57,188 bases of DNA, from positions 1 to 57,188 of the IMG/VR virus record IMGVR_UViG_3300050029_000117. One strand, 5' to 3'. The notes below the pieces were generated by a model. It was not told the DNA's origin and did not search any database. It saw nothing but the letters and a program-made list of their open reading frames with translations. Shown piece by piece: positions 1 to 8,800 of the stretch. The position numbers and the translations under genes are program-made. The stretch is from a virus. Numbering within the stretch: position 1 is the first letter of the stretch; each line of letters begins with the position of its first letter.

Positions 1-127
1 TCTACAAGCGATCGCCAAGAAGGGTAAGACGGTGACCCATTAATCATTATAAAGTTTTCTCTTGTTTCTGCACCCCGACATTTCACAGTGAGTTTAAGAG
101 CGCACTGCGTAGCAGAAAAAGCCATTG
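1..127. repeat. 127-bp terminal direct repeat, identical to 57062..57188; the contig closes into a circle of about 57,061 bp
   Basis: Bases 1-127 read identically to 57062-57188. An ORF is continuous and in frame across the join. The length suggests an assembler k-mer overlap of a circular or terminally redundant genome. Confidence 0.9.
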
Positions 128-1373
128 CGAAAAAGTTACCACTAATCTTAGGGGCAATGGCATAATCAACTAAAAGGTACGTACTGTCTGTCTGCGTTCC
201 CTGATAAAATTTGTTGTTAGTAATGATAGGCATGGATGTTGAATAAGTAGAATTACCCTTGATCGCCAAAACTGCATTATCTGCACCGGTGTTTGCTAAT
301 TGTCCTTCAAATTGGTTAGCGTCAATGATTATAGGTGCTATCGCGTATGCTCTAATAATGTTACCACTAGCCGAAACGGATACGTTACCCCTGATAACAT
401 TTGTGGCCGCACCAATACCGGCCCCGTTAGTGAGATTAACAGTGGTAATATCGATACCATATCCATTCCCTCTAAGGAAATTATTCTCGAACCGGTTTGT
501 ATCCCCTAGTTGGGCAAAAGTCATCCCCCCAAACAAGGTGCAGTGCCGGATTATCGAATTGAACATGCCGCCAGTACCGCTGGCTATATTGCCGTTTTCG
601 TATATCCCCGCCCCAATATACGGGGGGGTTCCTGTCCCTACGGTCGGGTCAACCCAAATTTCCTCTATAACCGATTCAGCAATGAACTGTGAACCGTTGA
701 CGGTGGTATCTAGGTAAATGCCACCTCCTCCAACAGCGGCACCGGACGAAGTTATTTTGAAGTCCGACACGTGCAGGTTCAAGCCGTTACCATGTGCGGC
801 GTCCATTACCGGTGACACCCTGATTGCAAACGTAGATGTACTCACATCGCTACCGGCTGAACTCATAACAAGTAAAGTGGCGTTTTTGCCCTGGCCTTTG
901 AATGTCAACATTCTATCAAGTAATATTATCTCTGTGCCAGTTCCTTTTATGGGGAGATTACCCGCTGGTAGTTTTATTTCCTGGAGTGCTGAGGCGGCTT
1001 GGATGGCTTTGTTTATGGCGGGACCCCAGTTGCCTGAATCGTCATAGAACCATGTAGGGTCTATCTCCTTAACGCTTGGTCCAAACTGGAACTTTGTGGT
1101 TGGCGCGAGCCTCCCGCCCTTCTCCACTTTCAAAGCTCTGTCGGACGGCCAAACACCGTGAGTCGTTGCGGTGGAATAGTTGGACTGCGTAGCGTTGAGC
1201 ACGCTGGTTACCACGACCGTCTTACCTGCACAATCACCATCCGTCCCAGCTGCTAACAGTGATGCTTTGAGTGTGGGCAAAGCCCCCGCCGGATTGATGC
1301 ACTGGATCTCAGCTCGACTGGTAACTGCCACTCCTAACAGCAGCATCACGCCCACAATTATTTTCGATACCAT
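1..1373 (-). CDS. 5' part of a 588-aa right-handed beta-helix (pectate-lyase-fold) depolymerase / tailspike-like protein with an N-terminal signal-like segment; the gene continues across the junction to 56668
   Basis: The minus frame is open from ATG 1373 (AGGGGG SD upstream) to the window edge, in frame with ORF 56668..57186 through the repeat. The translation starts MVSKIIVGVMLLLGVAVTSRAEIQC, contains WGPAINKAIQAA...LPAGNLPIKG, and has G/N-rich beta-helix turn repeats (GNGYGIDITTVNLTNGAGIG...). Confidence 0.6.
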   Translation of the reverse strand, partial: MVSKIIVGVMLLLGVAVTSRAEIQCINPAGALPTLKASLLAAGTDGDCAGKTVVVTSVLNATQSNYSTATTHGVWPSDRALKVEKGGRLAPTTKFQFGPSVKEIDPTWFYDDSGNWGPAINKAIQAASALQEIKLPAGNLPIKGTGTEIILLDRMLTFKGQGKNATLLVMSSAGSDVSTSTFAIRVSPVMDAAHGNGLNLHVSDFKITSSGAAVGGGGIYLDTTVNGSQFIAESVIEEIWVDPTVGTGTPPYIGAGIYENGNIASGTGGMFNSIIRHCTLFGGMTFAQLGDTNRFENNFLRGNGYGIDITTVNLTNGAGIGAATNVIRGNVSVSASGNIIRAYAIAPIIIDANQFEGQLANTGADNAVLAIKGNSTYSTSMPIITNNKFYQGTQTDSTYLLVDYAIAPKISGNFFAMAFSATQCALKLTVKCRGAETRENFIMINGSPSYPSWRSLV

Positions 1374-1434
1374 ACTTACCCCCTAATCTATTTTTATTGA
1401 TGTGGCAACCCTATCGGGCTTTCCTGTGCCTGCG

Positions 1435-2034
1435 TTATTCTCGGTACCATATACCCCCCTGGAGTACGAGGTGTACAAACTCGCCGCCCGTTGTGAGCAC
1501 ATACGATGCCGCACCTCCGGGGAAAGTATTGCCGTTGGTGTCGATCAGTATTACTGTGTTGGCGCTACTATCGGTTTTAAATACCGCTATCTCGGTGTAG
1601 CCCTTTAGATCTTTGGTGACTGACAACCCGGTCGTATCATAGTACAGCGGTGCAACGCCCCCACCACCCGATCCGCCGGCAGCCGACACATTATCCACCG
1701 TGTAGATCAAATTGCCCGCCGAGTCGTAGAGCGCGACTTTGTAGAAGCCGGTCAGCCAAACATTTGCCCTCCCTGCTGAGTCCATAATAACAGGGTTGGC
1801 GTTGGTGGTGGCACCGCTGGCATCCGTATAAGTGGCTTTCGGTGTGACCGTACCGGGTCCACACGTCGTACCCGGTAGGCAGGTGTACAGCCGACCCCCC
1901 GATAGCGGCGCCCCCTGGCTGGTGAAAAACTGCGCCTTGGGCATCGGCATCAGACTCATAGCAGCGTAGAGCGGCTGGCACGTGGTGAGGGTCAGCAGGC
2001 ACAGTGCTAGTAGCGTACGGGTAATGTAGATCAT
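1435..2034 (-). CDS. tail-fibre-like protein (conserved phage fibre N-terminal motif) preceded by a Sec-type signal peptide
   Basis: ATG 2034 overlaps the upstream stop (ATGA), with AAGGAG upstream. The N-terminus is MIYITRTLLALCLLTLTTCQPLYA. It is followed by AQFFTSQGAPLSGGRLYTCLPGTT...TYTDASG...NPVIMDSAGRANVWL...YKVALYDSAGNLIYTVDNV, a motif typical of phage fibre/spike N-termini. Confidence 0.6.
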   Translation of the reverse strand: MIYITRTLLALCLLTLTTCQPLYAAMSLMPMPKAQFFTSQGAPLSGGRLYTCLPGTTCGPGTVTPKATYTDASGATTNANPVIMDSAGRANVWLTGFYKVALYDSAGNLIYTVDNVSAAGGSGGGGVAPLYYDTTGLSVTKDLKGYTEIAVFKTDSSANTVILIDTNGNTFPGGAASYVLTTGGEFVHLVLQGGIWYRE

Positions 2035-2468
2035 CCTTTGAACTCCTTTAGCCACTTACCTATCGTGGTCGGTACGTGAAACTTGTCGGATAGCCACCAT
2101 AGAAACAATAGACCGACTAACGCCCGGTCGGTAAATTGTTTCTTGATGCTATCCCAGAATCTCTGCTGCCTTTTCTCCGCCACATACCGCCCGTCCTCCT
2201 TGGCGTGCCGCAGCTCTATATCTCGCAGCTGCACAAACGCCTGGTCGATATCCGTCTCTAGTTTTATTGACTTGGTGGCATGCTCATCCAGTCGTTGACC
2301 ATGCCCCGCGATAGTGGCACCTTGGTACGCTATGGCCTCCATTGCTATGGCCTGGCGTTCCATAAGTTCATCTTGCCGGTCCATGCGTTTGTCCCACCTG
2401 TCAATGGTCTTGTTGATTGACTCAAGCACTGGGTTCTGGGGGCACTCGGCCACGGTATGAAGTGTCAT
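2031..2468 (-). CDS. coiled-coil protein with a C-terminal transmembrane segment (function unknown; lysis or assembly accessory possible)
   Basis: ATGA overlap with the upstream gene at 2465-2468. The protein has a heptad-like charged core and a C-terminal ALVGLLFLWWL hydrophobic stretch. Confidence 0.45.
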   Translation of the reverse strand: MTLHTVAECPQNPVLESINKTIDRWDKRMDRQDELMERQAIAMEAIAYQGATIAGHGQRLDEHATKSIKLETDIDQAFVQLRDIELRHAKEDGRYVAEKRQQRFWDSIKKQFTDRALVGLLFLWWLSDKFHVPTTIGKWLKEFKG

Positions 2469-2911
2469 AGGTCTGAGGGCTCCTGTATGATGAGTGCCCA
2501 TTTTACTTCGGGCTTATCATACCAGCGGTCATTAAATTGTTTCCGACTGTAACGGTCAATCTTTGCGTTGTACGGGTTAAAAATATGAATCGCTTTGCCT
2601 GCTTTCACAACTACCCCGTAATGTCCTTCGCCACCCCACTGGTATAGCACCATAGCGGGTAGCGGTATATCTCTGATGTCCCGACCTTCATAGATAGAGT
2701 GACTGATACTCACTCTATTCAGGTACGCGGATAGGTTCGACGGCTCAGTGCCCGTTTCGTACTTGGTTTTAAGCTGCTCCTCGGTCGGCATGTAGTCGAT
2801 GGGCCGCGCAACGTGTGGCCACACAAGTATGCTGAAAAGATACCGTAGAGCGAACACTCCACAGGTCGCTTCATTCGACTGGCGGAATGCTAAGAGAGAT
2901 AGATCTTGCAA
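2465..2911 (-). CDS. papain-fold cysteine peptidase, C39-like
   Basis: Q-x5-C (FRQSNEATCGVFAL) is followed by GEGHYGVVVKAGKAIHIFNPYN...SRKQFNDRWYD, the Q/C/H pattern and tail of C39-like peptidase domains. TTG start with GAGG upstream. Confidence 0.55.
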   Translation of the reverse strand: MQDLSLLAFRQSNEATCGVFALRYLFSILVWPHVARPIDYMPTEEQLKTKYETGTEPSNLSAYLNRVSISHSIYEGRDIRDIPLPAMVLYQWGGEGHYGVVVKAGKAIHIFNPYNAKIDRYSRKQFNDRWYDKPEVKWALIIQEPSDL

Positions 2912-3354
2912 AATGTCGCCTCGCGTCCCGAGTCAAACCAGTTCTGGTGAGTGTGAAAAAACTCGCCACCGAATGTCTCGCAGAGATGTGTCATGGCTGG
3001 GTGGGTGCAGTGCGCCGTTACGGCCTCGCACTTACCGGCAATTCGCCCCATCCAGTTAGCCATCAGGATTTTGGTGAGTCCTTTACCTTCAAACTCAGGC
3101 AGAATTGCTGCTGAGTAGAGATAGATGTATTGACCCTCGGAATGATCAACATCCAGTATCTCCTCGTCAAACTCGGTATGCCTAACTCCGTACATCTCAC
3201 CCGCCAGCTTGCCGTCAACCAGCAGCCAGACCGTTATGCAGTTTTTAAGTAGGTCGGTCTTGTCAGTAACATCCAGCCGCAGCTCGGGCTCAAAAATGTC
3301 CTCAAACTGCATAGTGGTGTCAATGGGTAAATCCGTTCTAAATGTGATTTTCAT
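2890..3354 (-). CDS. GNAT-family N-acyltransferase
   Basis: Motif A is present: YLYSAAILPEFEGKGLTKILMANWM (R/Q-x-x-G-x-G/A type acyl-CoA site). ATGA overlap with the ATP-grasp gene. Confidence 0.6.
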   Translation of the reverse strand: MKITFRTDLPIDTTMQFEDIFEPELRLDVTDKTDLLKNCITVWLLVDGKLAGEMYGVRHTEFDEEILDVDHSEGQYIYLYSAAILPEFEGKGLTKILMANWMGRIAGKCEAVTAHCTHPAMTHLCETFGGEFFHTHQNWFDSGREATFCKIYLS

Positions 3355-4913
3355 ATTTCTGCCTTTCCAAAGTTTATTCCGAACTTTTCACCGGCTTCTA
3401 TCTGCTTCTCTGCCTCGTCGAATATGGTCATGTCATGCTCCATATCCTCGGTCTTGACTGTCTCGGCGATTTTCATGGCCTTGTCCGCCGCTTCTTTCCA
3501 CGTCTTGCCAGACGCTGTGACCGCCCCAAAAAATGATCCGTTGCCGGCAGGGATGCAGTGCATCTTACCGCCATGCTGCAAATGGTTCTTCAGCTTGATA
3601 TTGTCCGCATGCTCTTTGGGATAATCCACTACCAGCTCATGCGACTCATGCCACGGCGACCGCAGGATAACCTCTGCGATATACGGGTTGTCCCATTTGA
3701 GGACAGGTAGGACGCCCCCCGCACACAACCAGGCCACCTCAGCGTAATTGACAATGTGCTCACACATGGCCTCGCTGGGCGGACTGGGCGCTCGTTGCGT
3801 CGCGTCGATAAAATAACCTTTGCCGTCCTCGGTAAAAATTATCTCGGTGGATAGGTGCCCGTTATATCCGAGTTTCTTGTAGACACCGGACACGGCTTGA
3901 TTGACTTTATCTATCGCTTCTGGTGTCTCTGCAAATATCTTGCCCAATAATCCACGATCTTTTATTTCGTAGCCGACCAGACAGTTTTTAGTATACTCGC
4001 CGTTCACGCAAAAGCCGTCATAGCCGCCCTCGGCCTTTTTCTTGAGGACATTCTGCACCAATATCTCTATCGTGCGGCTAGCGTGCTCACCGATTCGTTG
4101 CTTCACATCGTTCAGTTTGGCCTCAAAAGCCGTCATATCTCCCGGATACTTCATGGTTTCAAAGTCCTCACGGTAGTACGGAGTCTTGAGCCATTTTGAG
4201 TTTTTACCTCTCAAGTACTCGGCCAGTGGGTCCAGACCCTTGATACGGTGCGTATATGCTACGGGCAAACCACAGTCAACCAATGTCTTGAGGAAATAAT
4301 CTTTATCCAGTTCCATCTTCTCGCTGCGACCCGAGCCGAATACCCGATGCCCCTGTGCCCGCAGATAGACCTGCAGATCACCGTCGTAGCAGTCCGGGAA
4401 AAAGATCAGGTCTGCTTTGGCGACGTACGGCCAAAATGAGTAGACGCGCTCGATCTCGGGGAGACCGGTGCCGATGTCTTTGAAACGTGAGGAGGGGTAG
4501 GGGGCCGACTCGGCCAGGTAAAACCAGACTTTCTTGAACTTCTGACCGAGTTTCTGGGCGAGGAAGATGTAGAGACCTTTGCGCCCATAGACCAGACACG
4601 TCTTATCAGACAGATCCACCGCTTGCGGGTCTTTCTGCTTGATACCCTTGGCAGCAGCATAGATACCGGAGTGTAAACCTTCGGGTGGTACGTCGGTGAG
4701 TTTGGAGTGGACGGCGGGCTCGTGACGTTTTACCCATCCGAGTGCCATTTTGCGGGATAGCCACATACTACCCCCGTTGGGCTGGAAACCGTGGGTCGCA
4801 TCCGGCATACCGGTGGGCAGACCATGCGCCTCAATGATCGTGGCGTGCGAGTCGCTTGGAGTACCTGTTACAATGGTTCCATCCGGTATGCGGACTGCTG
4901 GCAATAAACGCAT
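3351..4913 (-). CDS. ATP-grasp fold ligase with an extra ~95-aa N-terminal domain
   Basis: 520 aa. The C-terminal half shows ATP-grasp-like strands (GGYDGFCVNGEY ... HLSTEIIFTEDGKGYFIDATQRAPSPP). Subfamily is not assignable by eye. Confidence 0.5.
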   Translation of the reverse strand: MRLLPAVRIPDGTIVTGTPSDSHATIIEAHGLPTGMPDATHGFQPNGGSMWLSRKMALGWVKRHEPAVHSKLTDVPPEGLHSGIYAAAKGIKQKDPQAVDLSDKTCLVYGRKGLYIFLAQKLGQKFKKVWFYLAESAPYPSSRFKDIGTGLPEIERVYSFWPYVAKADLIFFPDCYDGDLQVYLRAQGHRVFGSGRSEKMELDKDYFLKTLVDCGLPVAYTHRIKGLDPLAEYLRGKNSKWLKTPYYREDFETMKYPGDMTAFEAKLNDVKQRIGEHASRTIEILVQNVLKKKAEGGYDGFCVNGEYTKNCLVGYEIKDRGLLGKIFAETPEAIDKVNQAVSGVYKKLGYNGHLSTEIIFTEDGKGYFIDATQRAPSPPSEAMCEHIVNYAEVAWLCAGGVLPVLKWDNPYIAEVILRSPWHESHELVVDYPKEHADNIKLKNHLQHGGKMHCIPAGNGSFFGAVTASGKTWKEAADKAMKIAETVKTEDMEHDMTIFDEAEKQIEAGEKFGINFGKAEI

Positions 4914-4914
4914 G

Positions 4915-5313
4915 TCACTCCCAGACTAGAAAGTCGAATCTGAATACGAACCTGTTGACTGCTATGTCGAAACCTCTCAGCACTCTCACCTTCACGCCCG
5001 GTGCTTCTGCACTACCACTCAGTGCCATACCGGGTGGCATGTGTATGCTAAAATCTACTTCTAACCCCTCCGGTAGGTTCATCTTGGCTGCGCCCCACTC
5101 TTTCCATACCGAGAGGTTGTCTACCGCTGGTTGTATAAACTTGTTGACAAATTCTGGTATGGACAGTAGTGCAAAATCTTTGTCGCACGGGTCGGATTTG
5201 TTGTTGGAAAGTAGCATTAGACGGGTGGTCATCCTGGGTTTTACGGGGTACTTAGCTAGGTAACAGCGCAGTGCTTCTCTCGCGACTACATCTCCTGAAA
5301 TAGATTTTATCAT
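4915..5313 (-). CDS. 132-aa mini paralog of the major capsid protein (N-arm, spine-helix and C-terminal strand motifs only)
   Basis: DKDFALLSIPEFVNKFIQPAVDNL aligns with MCP DTDLALNIEDFAERILDPAISMI. VKVRVLRGFDIAVNRFVFRFDFLVWE aligns with MCP ISLRILRGFDIINNLYLSRLDILYGY. Confidence 0.55.
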   Translation of the reverse strand: MIKSISGDVVAREALRCYLAKYPVKPRMTTRLMLLSNNKSDPCDKDFALLSIPEFVNKFIQPAVDNLSVWKEWGAAKMNLPEGLEVDFSIHMPPGMALSGSAEAPGVKVRVLRGFDIAVNRFVFRFDFLVWE

Positions 5314-5334
5314 TTTTTCTACCTACCTTTCTTG

Positions 5335-5363
5335 TTGACAGCGTGTGGTGGCTAGTGTATGCT
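5335..5363 (+). promoter_or_regulatory. sigma70-type promoter, TTGACA-17 nt-TATGCT, antisense to the late operon
   Basis: TTGACA at 5335-5340, a 17-nt spacer, and TATGCT at 5358-5363. It is followed by AAGAGG and a small ORF. Confidence 0.4.
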
Positions 5364-5366
5364 ACA
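5347..5366 (+). repeat. 20-bp exact repeat GGTGGCTAGTGTATGCTACA (second copy at 38496..38515)
   Basis: Identical 20-mers at two distant loci. Each lies downstream of a TTGACA and upstream of an SD plus a small + strand ORF embedded antisense in minus-strand genes. Confidence 0.85.
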
Positions 5367-5382
5367 TTTAAGAGGTGACGCT

Positions 5383-5484
5383 ATGTTCTGGCCCGTATTT
5401 GCTACCGTACTGCTTGCTCGTAGACCCGCCGGTTGGTACGTATTATTTATCGTTTACGCGCTTTGCTACTGGTGGACGGCTTAG
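5383..5484 (+). CDS. 33-aa hydrophobic micro-protein (MFWPVFATVLLARRPAGWYVLFIVYALCYWWTA)
   Basis: AAGAGG SD 7 nt upstream and a promoter-like element upstream. It is convergent with and overlaps the 3' end of gene 5447..5797. Below the ORF-track size cutoff. Confidence 0.3.
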   Translation: MFWPVFATVLLARRPAGWYVLFIVYALCYWWTA

Positions 5485-5797
5485 CGATGCCGATAGCTTT
5501 CTTTAAAACGGGCTTTTTGTCAAGTTTTTTCGTCTGTTTGACGGTTAAAACTCGCTCTTTTGCATGGAGCTTGGCCGGACCCGTCTTTTTGACCAATCCA
5601 CCCTTTTTGTACTCCTTCATAGCTTTTTCCGTTTCGCCCTTGCGGTCGAGCATGGCTTTACGGGCATCCGTTCCGGTATCTTCAAACTTGCGCTTTGGAG
5701 CGGGCTTGGCTGGCGGTGTGGCTGCCTTAGCTGCTTTGGTTTCCCCGCCACGGACCGCTATTCCGACACCCTTTTTAAAATCATCCCATGTAGACAT
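5447..5797 (-). CDS. 116-aa Lys/Glu/Thr-rich basic protein (virion-internal or modification-substrate candidate)
   Basis: Strongly Lys-rich composition. N-terminus is MSTWDDFKKGVGIAVRGG-ETKAAK. It lies between the ejection-protein genes and the enzyme cassette. Confidence 0.5.
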   Translation of the reverse strand: MSTWDDFKKGVGIAVRGGETKAAKAATPPAKPAPKRKFEDTGTDARKAMLDRKGETEKAMKEYKKGGLVKKTGPAKLHAKERVLTVKQTKKLDKKPVLKKAIGIAKPSTSSKARKR

Positions 5798-5815
5798 AAC
5801 CCCTCCCTTTTTTTT

Positions 5816-8800
5816 CTAGTTGGCAAAAGGACTTAACCCCCCTGACATTCTTCGTCTTGCGTGATCCACCGCTTTTTGCATTATTTTGCGGCCCATTGTA
5901 GTTTTAAACATCTCTGGACCCACCGGGTTCTGTAGCAGGTAGTTGACTTCGTTTTTATCTAACGTAGGTACCATTGTGGGTATTTCTACCTCTTTGCCAC
6001 CCAGGTTTACACCTATCGATATCTCGCTAGATACTTTGCCGTCTGGTCGGTTCATCAGTCCGAGCCACCCATTACCCTTGTCGCTGCCATCCGCCCGCTT
6101 ACTCCAGTTGGTCTTATCAACGGATGCTGCTTTAGCAGTCGGCAGCACCGTACCAGGCTGAGTAGGTGTGAGTATTTGCTGACCGGTCTGGCCTATGATC
6201 TGCTGCGTACCATCCGCATTAACCAAAGTTTCAGGTTGCTTCTCGCCCACTTTGTACTGCTGTCCAGGTACGACTGGCCCACCATTCTCTCTGCCCTCAA
6301 GCTGACCGGCTTTCCATTCGCCATACGTACTGCCGTGGTGCCAGTCAGGCGTATCCTCGGCGGGTGGTGCGGGCTCCGGGTCTGGTGTGCCCACTGACTC
6401 CCATTTATCCGCCGCTTGTTGCTGATCGTCCGGCGGTGCAGCGGGTGCTGCGGCATTTGCTGCCTGTCCAGCTGCACCCCGCTTGGTGGCCTGTTTCATG
6501 TACCCCTCAAACTGCGCTTTGAGATAGTTCACCGTGTGCGCCGAGTGGTCGCCCTCAAGCACCGCCGTCAATGCGTCGGCCTTGCGACCGTCGAGCATTG
6601 CGTCCATTATGAACTCTTTTATCCGGCTCAACTGGAACTTGGTACCCGCCTTTATTAGTGTGGACACAATGCCTGCCGAGGTGTTGACTGCACCCCCCAT
6701 TTCGACAAGACGCGCCCCGTCGCGGGCTACTTGGTACCCCAGCCGAGCCTGTATGTTGCCGGTGGCGTTCTCTCTGGTGTTACTACCGGAACCGTACCCT
6801 CTGGCATTTCTGGACTGACTGATCTTTTTCAGTGTGCGGTAGAACCGGTGCAGCTTGGCTAATTCGGGTTTGTCGAATATTTCCGGCAATACGTCCTTCA
6901 GCTTTAATCTCAGCTCATTTGCTTTGGCGTAAGATAACTTTGGTCTACCCAGCGAGTCATCCACCCCCGACTTTGCCAGTTCATCGTACATGTAGTCACG
7001 AAAAAGACCCTTAACGCCCTTGACATACGCTGGATCGTCGGCACCAAAAGCTTTTAGGTCTCGGACTGCTTGCACTTTGTTACGTATTTTTAGGATAGCA
7101 GGCACTATCTCGGATGGTGGCAGGTCCATTATCTGCCCAACTACGGACTTGTTAAATGCGTCCACATCAGCCTGAGCTAAAGCGACCGACTCCCGGATCT
7201 TCTGCGTACTGCCAAATTCGTCCCGCAAGTCGTACTTAGTAAGTGTCTCTTTATTGTTGGCGATCCAGTCAGCAATTTTATGGGGCTTACTATCGACCAG
7301 ACTGGACAACTCGCGGTTGTAGTGGTCGCGCATAACATCAGCAGCAGCCTTGCGCCCTACCTCGTCGGGCAGCAGTCGGCCCTTGGCGTCTCGCTCCGTT
7401 GTCTCACTGAGCGATCTGATAAGATCGTCGGCACCGGTCGGCGTGGTGTACTTGGCCGGCAACTTCTCAGTGGGTAGCCTGGTGCCGTCGGACTGATTAC
7501 CCCGTTTAAAGATGTCTTCCATAGCGCCGGTACCGTACCGCTCTTTTTCCAGTCGTGCCAGACTGTTGGCTTTCTTATAGGCAGCGGAAAAATCCTCAGC
7601 CGGTTTCAAGTCGGCCAGTTGCTGCTGGCGCTGGGCGATACCTTCCTGGAGGCTGGTGACCAGTTGCGGATTGGCCGTTGCTACGGTGGGGGGTTGGTAA
7701 TCTGCACCACCACCCTTACCTTTGAGATAGGTGAGTCTGTCCGCCAGCGACTTGGCGTACTGAGCGTCGGTAATGCCTGTGTTCTGCATGATCGTCTCGC
7801 CTTTGCCGGCCAGATACTTGGCGAGGTGAGCATTCTGCTCTTTGAGCGGGGGCGGTGCGGCCTGCTCCTTAGCCAGTTGCTTCTCGGCCTCGGCAATCTC
7901 TGCTTTAATCTGTGACGGCCTGACCGCACGGAGCTTGCCGCCCGGAGCGGCTGGCGGGGCCAGCATAACGTCGCCCGTCTCAGCCGCTTTGCCCATGGCT
8001 TCGGCATCCTCGATCAGCGCGGACTTCATCTCCCCGAGGTAATGTGCAATGGTGGGGTCTACGTTTTTGCTGTACAAGTCCCTGTTAATCGACTTATACG
8101 CCGCCTCATAACCAGATGTAGTCCGCTCGTTATTGAGGATAGCTTTAAACTTACTAGTAAGCGTACTCTTAGCCACATCATCGATAGTTGTGTCTGCTGC
8201 GATCCTCTTGTACGCGCTCTCGGCAGCGGGCCACTCCATCTCATAACCCAGCTTCTCCACATCATTAAATGCCGCTTTTTTCTGAGTATTAAGCGGCTTG
8301 CGTTTGGCAGCCACAACATCAACCAGCGTGTCGCCCACTGCCTGCGGTCCGGGTGCTTGCTCCAGTCGGGTCGTCTCCCCAGCCAATTTACCAGTAGCGA
8401 CATTTAGAGTACCCCGCTTCTCAGCAGCTATAGCTGCTATCCTGTTTCTAATATCCGGTACTTTAGCAGGCGCCACCATCTTAGCCTGTCCCGCCGCCAG
8501 ACCAATCAACTCGTCCTCTTGCTTCACAAGTCGGCCCGCAAAAGATGGGTTGTCGTTAGCTTCATTCTTTGTAAAATCAGCAAGACCCTTGTTGCCCTCC
8601 AATGACGCAGTGGGAAACTGTGGTCGCTGACCCTCTTTCTTGGTAGAACCCAGGGTGTTCTGTAGTGACTCGGATTCAGCTCGGTTGTGCGCATGTACTT
8701 TGGCAGCTCTGGATGACAACGGATTGGCAGTGGCAGTGTACTCTTGGGCAGCGGTAAGTTTTGCCCGCTTGGTGGATAATGGCAGACCACGCTCGGCCAC

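Noticed and set aside
259-1047. Plus-strand ORFs 259..717, 300..509, 510..692 and 718..1047
   Set aside because: They lie antisense to the long open minus-strand frame encoding the beta-helix protein. Their translations are low-complexity and lack SDs, so they are shadow ORFs.
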